A stretch of DNA of 63,989 nucleotides, filler included, from Stramenopiles sp. TOSAG23-3 (Eukaryota): assembly GCA_900128585.1 (NCBI GenBank). It is 17 parts of 17 records of this genome, joined end to end, with 100 filler letters (N's around TTAATTAATTAA, not from the genome) between each part and the next. Parts side by side here need not be neighbours in the genome. Positions count along the whole stretch, not along the records: positions 39,379 to 47,666 come from LT643043.1; positions 47,767 to 56,036 come from LT643044.1; positions 56,137 to 63,989 come from LT643093.1; 14 more parts are not named here. The stretch is one strand, 5' to 3'. The translations under genes were made by a program, and so were the position numbers. Positions 45,801 to 57,080 of the stretch are shown here, one piece after another; the first letter of the stretch is position 1; every line of letters starts with the position of its first letter. The notes under the pieces were generated by a model that was not told where the DNA came from, made no database searches, and was given only the letters and a program-made list of their open reading frames with translations.

Positions 45801-47500
45801 AAAAACGGGTGGAAAACCGCAATAATAGACGGGACCAGAAGAAACGGGAGGCTGAAATGAAGAAAGTCACGAACCCAAAAAAGGCCGAATTATCCAAAGT
45901 TGTTGTTGGAAAAAATGGCGTGGAAAGGGTCCAAGTCAGCAAAGAAGAAATGAAAGCCGTCCAGCAGAAGAAGCGTAGGCCCATGCAAGTGAAGCATATG
46001 TTCGAAGAGTACGACATTAATGGAACTGGGCATATAGGAGTGGAAGAATTGGGAACCTTGATATTTGAAATTAGTGTGATCAACCCGGCGCTCGAATTAC
46101 CCTCTTCTGCTTCCGACATAGATACATTAATGAAAGTACTCGATGGGGACAACAACGGTTCGATCGAGCAAAACGAGTTCGTAGACTGGATATGCAAAGG
46201 TTTGGAAATGAATGCAGCGCAACGTGTTCGGTTTAGCAGAGGGTCGGACTTCAGGGTTCGTCTGAATAATTTTTTGACCGGGATAGAATTAACATTATCA
46301 CAGCAGCCTGCAGAAGTCATGAGAAAGCGAATGCATACACTTTTTGACCATTTTGACTCTGATCAAAGCGGCAGCATAGACATGGATGAACTACATGACA
46401 TGATTCAAGAACTTAGCCTGATGAACCCCCATGCAGAACTGCCGACCACGGAAGAAGATTTAGAACATTTAATGCACACTTTGACAAAAAATGACAAAGA
46501 TTATATCCTTGAAACGGACATAGTGAACTGGCTCTACGACGGGGTGGCAACATCTCCCGAAGCCAGGAAATCATTCTCGCGAGAATCGCATTTCAACCAC
46601 AGGCTGGTAAATATGTTAGAATCCCTCGTTGCGTGGCTGAAAGCACCGCCGGAGTTGACGGAAAGACTTTTGCCAGAAAGTGGCACTCGTCCAAAGCGCC
46701 GTGCAAAGCTAAGGAAGTCTGTAAACACGAAACCTTCTGGCCGTAACGAGAATGGTTCCAAAATGACTGTGGAGCAGTTGCGCGCTCAGCGTGAACAAAA
46801 TGAGTTCGAAGAGATTTCCCGACTGAGGGAAAGGGCACGAAATAAACAAAAGGCTCGCCTCTCGGCCATTCGAAAAGCTGAGTCGGACATTGTATCCAAA
46901 CAATACGAGAAAATGACCCGGGGGAAAAAGCACCAATCGGAGAAGAAAGCCCGTAGCAAACGATCGGAAGATGAGAAGAAACGGATGGATAGAATACGAA
47001 AAAAACATTCGGATCACCAAAGGAGTAGGAAGGCAGAAATTGATAAGAAGAACACAGAGAAAGCCGTTGCAATAACGAGGAAAGTTGAAGGCACTCCACA
47101 AAAGCACGGATTACAGCAGGGCCAGTTGCCACCGCAGCCTGGAAGTGTACAGCAGGGTAGCGTTCAAGCCCAACCGAACCAACAGATTGGATACGGGCAA
47201 GTGCCTTACCAAATGAATCCGTACCAGCAGTTGCAAGTACCATATCAGGGAGCCCAAGCTGGGCCCTACCAGGCTGTGCCTCAAAACATGTACCAGCAAG
47301 GAGTCATGCCTCAAAACATGTACCAACAAGGAGCCATGCCTCAAAACATGCCTTACCAGCAAGGAATGTACCCCCAACAGCAGCAGAACTTCCCGCCCCA
47401 GCAATTCTACCCTTCGCAACAAAATTTGTACAATGTCCCTGCACCTGGGCAACCTTCGCCGCAGCAGCAAAGTCCTTTGGTCCGACGGGTAAAGCAGTAA
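42872..47500 (+). CDS. Multi-EF-hand protein with two PDZ domains, basic coiled coil and Q/P/Y-rich tail
   Basis: Loops DQDGSSTLEKKE, DTDKSGEIDEEE, DTNRDGKVDIND, DGDNNGSIEQNE, DSDQSGSIDMDE; PDZ-like KGQMGITI...SPAA...G..VIEVDG and QGPIGLSF...GSQA...G. Confidence 0.88.
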   Translation: MSSDSTDSVLREVFSTIDQDGSSTLEKKELLKALMFNEDIANKLHQFPHLLPLLKPKHFQESFLAMDTSRDNHVSVEEFVAFASGYTLEEAANEIFKIMDNDGRGAVEKDYCITSINENEECKKVINACDRLRPLKALGEEQTKGQFLRLGTVTPGKVNRREFLEFVVGVTNSFDTSVQPVILTSSIATKKAKDAVTEPVKEKPVRDGSSSDPPRQGLSRDKALLALWAQLEASKEIIDAEEARFDLLQANVEVQLEGMKRVLAKYASKGYDGPDAFTNEILGVIREAEHENSIVDAEAKNVSWQIQKLFKEVDHDSKGAINEEKLLRFVTELSLANPILDLPTTKEETKRVMKVLDTDKSGEIDEEEFTVWIKSGLDKTKEDLNIFASKGAFQKKMANFIQCVKSALTKSPEAYLKERIHDLFVQFDGTQSGCFGDKDLSEMLMYLGAFRPELDLPHSTEDITAILGDLGSDGKLHENEFVEWIHEGISQAPMDLLEFGKSSPFNSRMINFLDSVRSWLKEDSKLVQSGKTKGMFGDMARRKVQIKRLYNETVSPNSSGQKFMDQDSLLVLLEEIRLIAPKLELPAEDEIRKVLQKLDTNRDGKVDINDFLEYMIASLTRSENRRAKYAAVSKFNQRMENMVTGLIGALDNDPIVELHKRVHEFLDRYKTPNSGAVTATKLNKVMRYLSTYLEDGAVFPSGKEDAKRMITLIGGGKGVTDEVSEEAFMGWLDRGFTGSAAQREKLRQKSSFHAKAVAFIEMMLAYVKNASSLEAGVTEEFTKGQMGITINEIVDDDGNTHLLLADYAEDSPAARNDQIEHGMTVIEVDGNRLVNAGFGKLKEIIQSNDKNKVRITFRPFVSVDSYHNISKYNSRKKQALRAAKKAGALCIVFKQGPIGLSFDEEQDKEAGGLRITLSKIAQGSQASKHPRLAVGQQLYGVGLTPINGQGMQAVINIIREVGYPLELLFKDGGKDAQKRVENRNNRRDQKKREAEMKKVTNPKKAELSKVVVGKNGVERVQVSKEEMKAVQQKKRRPMQVKHMFEEYDINGTGHIGVEELGTLIFEISVINPALELPSSASDIDTLMKVLDGDNNGSIEQNEFVDWICKGLEMNAAQRVRFSRGSDFRVRLNNFLTGIELTLSQQPAEVMRKRMHTLFDHFDSDQSGSIDMDELHDMIQELSLMNPHAELPTTEEDLEHLMHTLTKNDKDYILETDIVNWLYDGVATSPEARKSFSRESHFNHRLVNMLESLVAWLKAPPELTERLLPESGTRPKRRAKLRKSVNTKPSGRNENGSKMTVEQLRAQREQNEFEEISRLRERARNKQKARLSAIRKAESDIVSKQYEKMTRGKKHQSEKKARSKRSEDEKKRMDRIRKKHSDHQRSRKAEIDKKNTEKAVAITRKVEGTPQKHGLQQGQLPPQPGSVQQGSVQAQPNQQIGYGQVPYQMNPYQQLQVPYQGAQAGPYQAVPQNMYQQGVMPQNMYQQGAMPQNMPYQQGMYPQQQQNFPPQQFYPSQQNLYNVPAPGQPSPQQQSPLVRRVKQ

Positions 47501-47766
47501 AAAAGACAATAAAATTTTAAAACAAAATAGTATCTGGCTGTTATTTACTAAGTAGATATTAAAACAAGAAAATTGGCTGTTATTTAAGTAATTAAATTTA
47601 GCTTCGTAGTAGATATTAAAAACAAGAAAATTGGCTGTTATTTAGGTAGAATAGAAGTATTTACGANNNNNNNNNNNNNNNNNNNNNNNNNNNNNNNNNN
47701 NNNNNNNNNNTTAATTAATTAANNNNNNNNNNNNNNNNNNNNNNNNNNNNNNNNNNNNNNNNNNNN

Positions 47767-49644
47767 ATTACCCATGGCCTCGTTTCCCCAACACGTCTTT
47801 GAGCACAGCGGCTTACAATCCAACGAAGAATCCTCGTTGCATACTGCATTTCCAGAAAAGTATGCTTTGACATTATTCTTTTCTATCAACGCCTTCAAGT
47901 CATCTTCTATCGTGGTAATATTGTTATCCCTTGCATCCAAATATCGTAAGTCGCGATACTGGGATACAGCGAGTGGAACATCGACCAATTTGCACCGTGC
48001 AATGTCCAAGTACAGTATATTCTTCAAATTATTAGCAGGAAAGACTTTCAAATGGTTCCCACTCATGTATAAATAAAGAAGCTGCGGAAAGAATTCAACC
48101 TGAAACGGTGTCGTGAAAACCATATCGTTTTCTTCAATATTCAAGTAATTCAGCGATGGCAGGGATATTCCAGTCGTAGGCATACGCAGACCCACATTGC
48201 CATTCAGCGCAACAGCTACAACCGCAGGGTGGTTCCACACGGCGATTTCATTGTACCGCGTGATATTGTTATGGCTTAAAACCAATTTATTCAAATTCTT
48301 CCATTTCCGAACGTCCACGTCGAAGGCTTCCAACCTGTTCGCCATCACCTGAAAGTCCACCATTTCCGTCAACTGCTCCATCCTTGGCGGCAGAGTCGTC
48401 AAGTTGCAGTACTGTACGAACACTTTCCTCAACCCGGTCATCTCGTCCACCATACTATTTGGCAACGCTGTCAGGTTGAAATCATTGACAATGAATAAAG
48501 CCGCACAGTCGCACGACGGGGTAAACTTGTTTTTGCAGAACGGTATCTTGTTCACACACCCCTTTCCCCACGTCTTTTCATCGCAGCCATGGGGCTTGGT
48601 CACCACGTGAAGGACAGCCATCGCAAGAAGAGCAACCCCGTACACCAAGCTGTACGCGGAAAATACGCGAGACACCTCTTTCGGAAATTCTTTCTGTGCG
48701 TGAAAGGACGCTTCTGTGCTCGTTTCACTGAACAGACTCTTTCGATGCCTTCCATGCTTCCTGGACGCTTGCCTCTGCGCATCGGCAACTGCCTTATCCA
48801 CCCTCGCGCGAACAATCTGTCGGTAAACAGTACGCGTCTTACTCATCATGCAAATCGAGGGCCATGCCGTCACTTGCAGCATTTCAGGAATCGATATAGG
48901 GATGCGATAGAAAAACCATATCGTACAAAGCGGCAGTGCGACAGAGAGAAAGTCCACCGCCATGTCTATCTTTACTTGCCGGTCTCGTTGCGCAGCCGAA
49001 AGACCTCCTTTCACTTGATAAGCACGGAACAATGCATCTAGTGCCAAAATAAGACTCATGCTGCTGGTTATTTCCACTGGCAGCGTGCACAAGTACAACG
49101 TGGAGAAGTTCAACAGTTGATTTATGCTCTCTACAAACTCCAAAAAGTACAATTTCCACAAAAAGTTAGCACCGTTAATATTGAACGTTCGCTTCATTCG
49201 CATGGCCTTATGCAGCCACGAAAGTTTCTTCAACACTTTCCCCCCACTTTTGCTCGTTGGACCATTTCGAAACCGTTCGAAAAATTTTTGCGCCAAAGAC
49301 CTCCACCAGAATAGATGTTTTACAAACATGGACGCGTACACTATTGCAAAGACGACGAACACCCAAGCAAAAGGACGCTGCCATGCCCGAAACGATTTTG
49401 TGTACAAAAAGGAAATATAACTAAACAGTCCTGCAAGAACGAGGTTAAAGAGAGCCACTAGCATCCCGTCCCACCCGGCAATAGTCCAGCAGGATGCATT
49501 GTTTTCTAAGGGGACCGTCAATTCTGCAATCGTTGGTATGTGCGACGAGGAATCTCCTTCATCTTCATCGGAGGAGGAGGAGTCAGTCTCCACCGTTGTC
49601 AGTTCGACGTCCTTGACGGTGGTAGGAGCATCTGGCGCGTCCAT
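47767..49644 (-). CDS. Multi-pass membrane protein with C-terminal LRR domain (3' partial)
   Basis: About 6-7 hydrophobic helices, Cys cap C..KIPFC...P.CDC, LRRs LNKLVLSHNNI and LRYLDARDNNI, Cys-rich end. Confidence 0.85.
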
Positions 49645-50206
49645 TGAACAAACAGTTACGGAAGGGATTAAGTTCAGTGGGTTGGTCTGAACAATCTTTT
49701 ACAACAATCGCATCTGTTCTTTTTTTCTTTTTTTTCCATCGAACATTTAGAACATGAAAATTTCGTTATTCCATGTATATACTTGTACATGCGAATGCCG
49801 CCATATTCCATGCAAGGCGTGGTGAGTGAGATGATTTTTTTATTTATTTTTTTATTTTTTTTTGGTGACTTCTTGTTGTTTTATTATTGGTTCTCCTATA
49901 TGTGTGATGGATGGTGGTGGTGCTGACTATTTATTATTTATTATTATTATATTTACACACCACAACAAAGAACAAAGAAAGAAGAAAGAAAGAAGAAAGA
50001 AACCAAAAAATAATAAAAAATAAAATCTTTTTTTTTTTTTAATAAATTTTATTTTTTCGGTTCTTCTTCTTCTTCATCATTTTTTAAAATTTGTTTATTT
50101 TTTTTATTAAATATAAATTACTTTAATTTTCTTTCTTCTCCTACCTCGTATCTTTTATTTAATGAAAGTGAATATTGTCCAATGATTTTATAATTATATT
50201 TTTTAT

Positions 50207-50797
50207 TCAAAAGAGCTGAACTTTCTTTTTCAGGTTGTTCCGTTTCCACCCAGGCATCGATGCCAATGCCTCCTTGGTCATCCCAAAAAGCTCTTCTGTC
50301 TTTTCTGGACTCAAGTACGTTTCTCGCTTCGAAATGTCGACGCCGGCAGGGTACGGCCCTGGGGCTTTCAGCTGCTCGTACGAGAAGAATTCGCCGTCGG
50401 CGGCGGGGGGAGCACTGCTACCTTTGGAGGGGGCTGGGGCCGCCGGGGCTGCTTCAGTCTTTGGCGTCAACGACACGGCCTGCATCTTGTGCGCCAACGG
50501 TTTAGGATCAGGCTTCGTTGGCTTGGGCTTTCGTGCGGCAGGTTTCGTTGCTGGAGCGCTGGTGCTCTGCTGACTTTCGCCGCTCCCGCCGGCCACCACG
50601 CCGTCCCCTACTAACGACACAACTTCGTCCTTGTGCATGGGATACATCAAAAACATCTGCTTGTAAGTAATAGCTTTTCGATTTTTCAAAATCTTCAACA
50701 TGGCCCCGACCGTATCGCACTGGTGCTCTTCCCCAACCTCCACTAGTTTTTCATATGTACAAGTTCCACCTTGTTGCGCAGCTGTCAGTTGACTCAT
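50207..50797 (-). CDS. Costars (ABRACL-like) domain + villin headpiece actin-associated protein
   Basis: CTYEKLV...DTVGAMLKILKNRKAITYKQMFLMYPMHKDEVVSL (Costars-like); GVDISKRETYLS...FGMT...MPGWKRNNLKKKVQLF (VHP). A 5' exon may exist near 50828-50855. Confidence 0.85.
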   Translation of the reverse strand: MSQLTAAQQGGTCTYEKLVEVGEEHQCDTVGAMLKILKNRKAITYKQMFLMYPMHKDEVVSLVGDGVVAGGSGESQQSTSAPATKPAARKPKPTKPDPKPLAHKMQAVSLTPKTEAAPAAPAPSKGSSAPPAADGEFFSYEQLKAPGPYPAGVDISKRETYLSPEKTEELFGMTKEALASMPGWKRNNLKKKVQLF

Positions 50798-51095
50798 TCC
50801 GCAGTATTGAAAGAAACGTATATATACTTGATCAATTCTCGTTCAACATCTAATCCTAAAACCTAAAACCATCAAATGCTTCTTTTGAAACCAAAATGAT
50901 ACAAAACAAGGTACAGTGTCGTAAATATAATTCTTCATCATGGTGACCTACACACCTACACATTCATAATTATTATTTAGTTCTTCGGTTCTCGGTTCTT
51001 CTGGAGGGGATTCAGGATTCAGGATTCAGGATTCAGGTCTTCTTTTTTCTATTATTTAAATACTTAAAACTTCCTAAACCCTAAGTACAACTATT

Positions 51096-51169
51096 GGAAG
51101 ACTGGTCTAGTTGGTTATGACGATCGCCTCACACGCGATAGGTCGCGGGTTCGAACCCCGCGTTTTCCT
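51096..51169 (+). tRNA. tRNA-Val (CAC)
   Basis: Acceptor GGAAGAC/GTTTTCC, anticodon arm ATCGC-CTCACAC-GCGAT, T arm GCGGG-TTCGAAC-CCCGC; T-runs downstream. Confidence 0.93.
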
Positions 51170-51571
51170 TTCCTTATTTTGTTTCTTTTTTCAATGCTAT
51201 TCTGATGGTATACATTCAATGTTTAAGGCCAATACATGAAAAGAATACTAAATTAGTAGTGTAATACACGTAGATAGGTAATAAAATGCTCCCTACCGTC
51301 AATTTAACCGTAGTGTAATGTATTTTAGATAGGTAGTTTCCTCCATCATGTCTATTTGACTCTGTTCTCATCCTATTGGATGCTAGCAACATACAATATA
51401 AGGAAGGGCTAAAAAAAACATTTCGTGCTCGGGTCAAAAAATAACCTAGACCACTATATGGAACGGACAGTACGCCACGGGGAAAGGGTTGCGGAGAATA
51501 TCATAAAGAGAGTGTCCGGTGCGGTATAAAACATATTTTTTCTTTACTCAATCGTAGTGTACGTACTTGTT

Positions 51572-52576
51572 TTAGCGCTCGAAAGGAACGTACGCCACCT
51601 CTTTCAAGTACTGGTAATGGCGCATGGCTCTGGTTTCATGTTCAAGCTCAAATATTTTGCGTTTCGTCGTTGGGTCAACAAAGTCTTTGAAACGGTATTG
51701 CCGTCCCCCCAAGGCATCCTCCCAACAATCGCATTTGTCAAGGGTTTTGAATCGTGGGTTTGTCCATATTGCGTTCGCGCTTTTCAATTTATCGTAGCTT
51801 TGCTTGAACTTGGACACGTAGCAGCAGACATGAACGCCCCTTTGCTTCTTCAACAGTTCTTCGCTTAAAGTGCCGCACGGGCGGAAGAGAAAATGAACGC
51901 TTGGTCCGGCTTGCACGACCCCGCAACCCGTTTCCTTGTCCATAAAAGTATTGCACCCAAAAATGTCCTTATAAAATGTACACACGGGCCCGACATCCTT
52001 CACGAGCCATTCCATGAATTTTATGCCTGGTCGTCCTAGAACAGCCCGTTCCGTATCAACGTTGAGATGCTTTCTTTCCATGAACGTCAAGTTCCCTGGG
52101 TCCTTTGTGTCAACCCGTTCACCTATTTGAAACATGTGAAACGTATTCCCAAACGGCCCGGTAAGGGTCATGCTTTCGTTGGCGCTGTTGTACTGTGTTA
52201 TTTTTAACTTCGTTCCTCCTAGGAGTCTTTTTCCAACCGTCTCGCAGGCATCTTTGATCGCAAGAAGGGATGGCACGACCAAGCCAATGCTACCATTAAT
52301 AACGTGGCCCTCGGCCCCCGACGATTCGCCGAGGTGAAACTGTTGTTTTCCGATGTTCAAGTGAAAAGACGGGGACACGTCCGGGGTACAGCCGAGGATA
52401 TCTCTGTAAAACGCGTACGCGGCCTGCTTCATGCCCTTGTTTATCTCCAGATTCAAATGCTCAAACCAAACAATGCCCGGAAGGTCAACATCCGTCCCAG
52501 TAAAGTATTTTGTCGCCCTCAGCGACAGCTGCTCCAAAGTGTCCGCAGGAACGCTGCCGCCAGCAAAAGCCGACAT
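51572..52576 (-). CDS. Glyoxalase/VOC-fold tandem-domain protein
   Basis: EHLNL...AFYRDILG, QQFHL, GSIGLVVP, GPFGNTF; second module FYKDIFG...HVCCYV...FELEHETR. Confidence 0.7.
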   Translation of the reverse strand: MSAFAGGSVPADTLEQLSLRATKYFTGTDVDLPGIVWFEHLNLEINKGMKQAAYAFYRDILGCTPDVSPSFHLNIGKQQFHLGESSGAEGHVINGSIGLVVPSLLAIKDACETVGKRLLGGTKLKITQYNSANESMTLTGPFGNTFHMFQIGERVDTKDPGNLTFMERKHLNVDTERAVLGRPGIKFMEWLVKDVGPVCTFYKDIFGCNTFMDKETGCGVVQAGPSVHFLFRPCGTLSEELLKKQRGVHVCCYVSKFKQSYDKLKSANAIWTNPRFKTLDKCDCWEDALGGRQYRFKDFVDPTTKRKIFELEHETRAMRHYQYLKEVAYVPFER

Positions 52577-53923
52577 ATATGTATACCGTATGTATCTATT
52601 GCTTTGTAAAAAACAGTTCGATTGGAAAAAATCGGGATAGAAACATTAAAAACAAAATTGCAAACAACAAGAGGGAAAAACACAGAAGAAGGGTTATATT
52701 CTTGTTGGGCTAATTATAAATAAATATACCCACGCATAGTTTTTTAAACAAATGGAATAATAAAAGATACTACCGGTACTCCGAAGAAAGAAGGAGGAAT
52801 AAGGAAGAGGAGGAGGCATGATGGTTTTTTTTTGTTCAATTTGAGGTGGAGGAGGAGGTGTCGTATCTTTTTTATAATTTAAGGCGTGCCCCTTCAAGAT
52901 TAAGATTCGTCCCTTTTTGGGAATAAATACATTTGTCACTTTCCAATATTATTATTCAGAGGTAAAATTAAAATTAAAATTAATCGACTAAAGTAATTTT
53001 TCTTAATATACAATTATCCTTAAAATAAAAATGGACTAAATTTCCATACTGATGCGGGGTAATTATTATTATAAAAGCGAAATAAAAAATCTAAAAAAAA
53101 GGAAAATGGAAGGTCCTTCTGTTTATGTTAATATTAGGGTTAGGAACAAGTTTGGAACAATTGACCATTTTCTTCACCAGGTGTATAGGAAGGAAATATT
53201 ACCTTTTTGTATAGACACAGCTAGTAAAATAAATAAAATCAAGTCTTCTAAAATAAATTAACAGGTACTTAGTATACATATTGAAATTTCTGAAGAAGAA
53301 AAAAAGAAGCAATGAAATTCTTTCTTTTTACTTTTTTTAGTTCTCACAATTCTTCTTCTACTATTTACCTGTTAATTCTTTCACGCACACTTCTTCAAAA
53401 ACAAATTTTCCTCCTTTTTTCTTTTTTATTCTTTTTTATTATATTCTTTTTAATTTCTTCATTATACAGTATCACAGCTAGTAGAACGACTAACAACAAC
53501 ATGCATCAAATGAAGAATGTAACCGATCGATGATCCGATTCTAATTCCCCATTGTAAACCCCTTGTAAAAAAAAAAAAAAATGGCTTTTTGTTTTGTTGT
53601 TGTTGCTGATTCTTTTTTTAGTTAGTTATTAGTTGTCTTTCTTTTTTTTAGAAGAGGTTTCTTTCTGTACCAGAATGTTTTTACTTTTAAATTCACGTGA
53701 AACAAGTATCGAAAGAAAAATCTCTCAAGGGTAGTTTATTAATCCGAATTGAGTTTTTAAAAGTTTTAGAAAGAGAAATATTATATTGTATCGTCCGTAT
53801 TGCATTGTTTGAAAAGTCAACAGTGTTTCCCACGGCGAATCCTTTAGTTTACGAAATCAGTCAGAAGTAGCTCGCATTGCACTACTTCAACACGTTGTTC
53901 TTACTGCACCAAGGCCTGTCATC

Positions 53924-56036
53924 ATGTCGAGTATTGCAGTCAAATTGAACGTTAACGGCGTCATCCGTCGGTTTCAGTTCCAGCGAAACCAGTCGTTTGA
54001 CGATTTGGTCGAAGCAGCCTTGAAGCTCTACCCAGAGCTTCCAAAAAGCGTCACCTTCACGTACAAGGACGAGGACGGGGACGTCATCGACGTGTCGACG
54101 GACGGGGACGTGCTAGCAGCGCTCGCTGTCGCAGACCAGGAATCCTGGACCGCCATTCGCTTTAACGTCGCCGGGAACGGCATGGCAAAGGGCGCTCCGA
54201 ATGATACGGCGGCAACCAAGAGCCGAGCCGAGCCATCCTCTCAGAAGCCCGACCTGCAGCTACTGTCGTCCAGTTTGCACGAAAGCTTCACTGTTGTTGG
54301 CGAGCCGGTCAAAACGCCGGGGGCCGAAGCGGCTATTCCGGTGGCGGTTGAGGTTGAAAAGGGGGCAAGCCCGGCCCCCGCCCCTCCCACCGAAGCCCCG
54401 GACGCGGAGAAGGCCAAAGCGGTTCCTGGAGGAGCAACCGCGCAGACGCCGCCGTCGAGCCCTGCCGAGAAGCCATCGTCCCGCGAGGATTCGAAGGTGA
54501 CGCCCCCTGCCGCGGTGCCCCTGCGGGCGACGAGCGGGGGAGCCTTGATTTACCGCGATGGCACCGTGGAGTTCGGGATGGGCGGGGAGGCCGTGCTCCT
54601 CCCCGACGGTCAAACGATTTCCTGCATTCTTTCGTACAAGGGCTTTCCATCCGTGGCGGCCTCAGGGCTTGCGCTTACTCGTGGGAAGTGGTACTACGAA
54701 GTTTCTCTGCTGACGCCGGGCCTGATGCAGATTGGTTGGTGCACTTCCAAGTTCACCGGGTCCTCCAACGATGGCGAGGGGGTCGGCGACGACACGCACT
54801 CGTACGCTTACGATGGTTTTCGCCGGCTGAAATGGTCGAACGGCGACGCACAGCGATTTGGTCCCAAGTGGAAAGCGGGCGATGTGGTTTGCTGCGCTGT
54901 GGACGTCAACCACGGCGTCATTCAGTACGCGCTGAACGGCGAATGGAACGATGGCTGGTCGCATGACACGGTGGCATTCTCGAACTTGGACCTCCAAAAA
55001 GACGGACTGATGCCAGCGGTGTCGTTTCAGAAAGGAGAAAAGTGCTGCATCAATTTTGGGGCCACCACCTTTTCGTACGGCCCCCCATCGCCAGACTTCT
55101 CGAGCGTCAACTCTGCGTTTCAATCCGAGTTCAACCGCGCGGCCCAGTTTCCCACCGCCGCAAGCGTCCCGGCCCCCTTTCCCGACGCCGCGCCGTCCGC
55201 AACAGAGCAGCTCGCAGCAATGTTGCTAAAGGATGGCGTGCGAGATGCAATAAGCCGATTTCTGGGACATCCCGTCGTTGCCACCGTTGTCCAGCACATC
55301 ATTGTGGCGGTGGTGAACGACCCAGGGTCGGCGGCCAGGGTCGCGCAATCGCAGATCCAAGTCGTCACGCCAATCTTCCTCCAGCTAGTGTCGGAGCAGC
55401 CCGCCCTCCTCGGCCTTTTGCCGAACGTGCTCGAGTTAGTGAAGGCGCTGTTCCTCGGCAGCGGAAGCGTGCACCATCGGGAGCCCCCCCGTGCAACGGT
55501 AATGCACCCCCAAGCACGGGGAAACAGCAGAGGCTGCGGCCGTCGCAAGGGCAGGGGCGGGTGGAACAGGTGCCACCACAACCCAAACATGCCGAAGCCG
55601 GCATGGAACGGTTGGGGCAACGCGGGGAAAAAGCACGAAAACCACAAGCACTGGAAGCGCCAGATGCGGTGCCCCGACCGCAAACGAGACAATTGGAACC
55701 ATGGAACGAGCAAATGTCCCGTGAGCCGCGTTCACCAAGCGTTTTCCAGCCTCGTGAAAGAAACGGGCGAGCAAGTGTCGAAATGGGCCAGTAATCTGTG
55801 CCCAGAATCGGATGCAGACAAGAAATTCAAAAACGACTTACAGAAAGCAATCGACATGAGCATGCCGGCTGGGAAAGCAAAGCCTCCGTCGTACGAAGCT
55901 TCTACGTCTCCCTTCACCGCCGGGATGGATCGCAAATATTTGGTGCCCGGCAACAATGGTGGAACTTGTACATATGAAAAACTAGTGGAGGTTGGGGAAG
56001 AGCACCAGTGCGATACGGTCGGGGCCATGTTGAAGA
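53924..56036 (+). CDS. PB1 + SPRY domain protein ending in a Costars segment (3' partial)
   Basis: VKL...IRRF...YKDEDGDVIDVSTDGD (PB1 OPCA motif); GKWYYEV...MQIGW...GVGDD..SYAYDG...WKAGDVV (SPRY); last 79 nt identical to the reverse complement of 50692-50770. Confidence 0.88.
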
Positions 56037-56136
56037 NNNNNNNNNNNNNNNNNNNNNNNNNNNNNNNNNNNNNNNNNNNNTTAATTAATTAANNNNNNNN
56101 NNNNNNNNNNNNNNNNNNNNNNNNNNNNNNNNNNNN

Positions 56137-56716
56137 CGTAGACCGGCTCCACCACGAAATGAACCAGCTGTGCTCTGCAAACTCGCTGCAGAACATCTAC
56201 ATCACGGAATTCGAGGACCTGGACGAGAAACTCTTGAAGCAGATGCAGGGGTTCTTGGAGGCATGGGCCCCGGGCATTGATTTGATCTCCATTAGGGTCA
56301 CTAAGCCCGTCGTTCCGGACAGCATTATGGAAAAGTACTCCAAAGTCTCGCACCAAATTGGCAAGGTCCTCATACGGGAGCAAGAGCGACGGACGATTTT
56401 GAAGAAGGCAGAGACGGACTGGCAAAGAAAGGTGAAGGAGGCGGAGAAGCTGCTGGAAGTGTCCAAGATAAACGTGGAGCAGCAGAAAGAGAGGGCGAAG
56501 AGCAGGTTGGAGATTGAGGCCATTGCCGACCAGATGTACGTGGCAAGCATGAAGCAAAGCGCCGACAGCCTGCAGTACCGCTTGGAGAAAGAGGCCGACT
56601 CGAACCGCAGAAAGCTTACACCAGAGTACTTGCAGTACTTGAGGGCAAAACTGTTGCATAGAAACATGGTCGTCGTACACGGAGGGAACATTCCAGAATA
56701 CCTGATCAACCCTTAA
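56137..56716 (+). CDS. Erlin-like SPFH/Band 7 protein (5' partial)
   Basis: HHEMNQLCSANSLQNIYI..F..LDE...APGI.LISIRVTKP..P, ending LTPEYL...G.NIP. Confidence 0.9.
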
Positions 56717-57080
56717 TTCGTCGAAGACTGAAGAACTGCATTTCGTCCACATGCTTATTTAAGAGAGAGCGAAGTAAACGAGTAAAAGGTGTAATTTTCG
56801 AGAGAAACAACAAAAACCATAATTAACAAACAACACAACATGTAATAACATTTCTTTTCTCAACCAACACTTGCAGAACACATGTGAAAAGAAAAGAAAA
56901 ACAAAATGAAAAACAAAATGAAAAAGAAAATGAAAAACGTATAATAAAAATGAATTAAGGACTAATAGAATATTCACACCACATCAGTGAAAAACTCGAT
57001 TCACACGAATAAAAATCGCACCTAAATCCAAGTGTTGGGTGCATGGAAATAGTATTGTAAAAATAAAAAAATTAAGGAAA

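Noticed and set aside
1194-56136. Regularly spaced TTAATTAATTAA repeats at about 1.29-kb and 8.4-kb periods (array-like)
   Set aside because: Artificial six-frame-stop linkers joining length-sorted contigs; not a CRISPR array or biological repeat.
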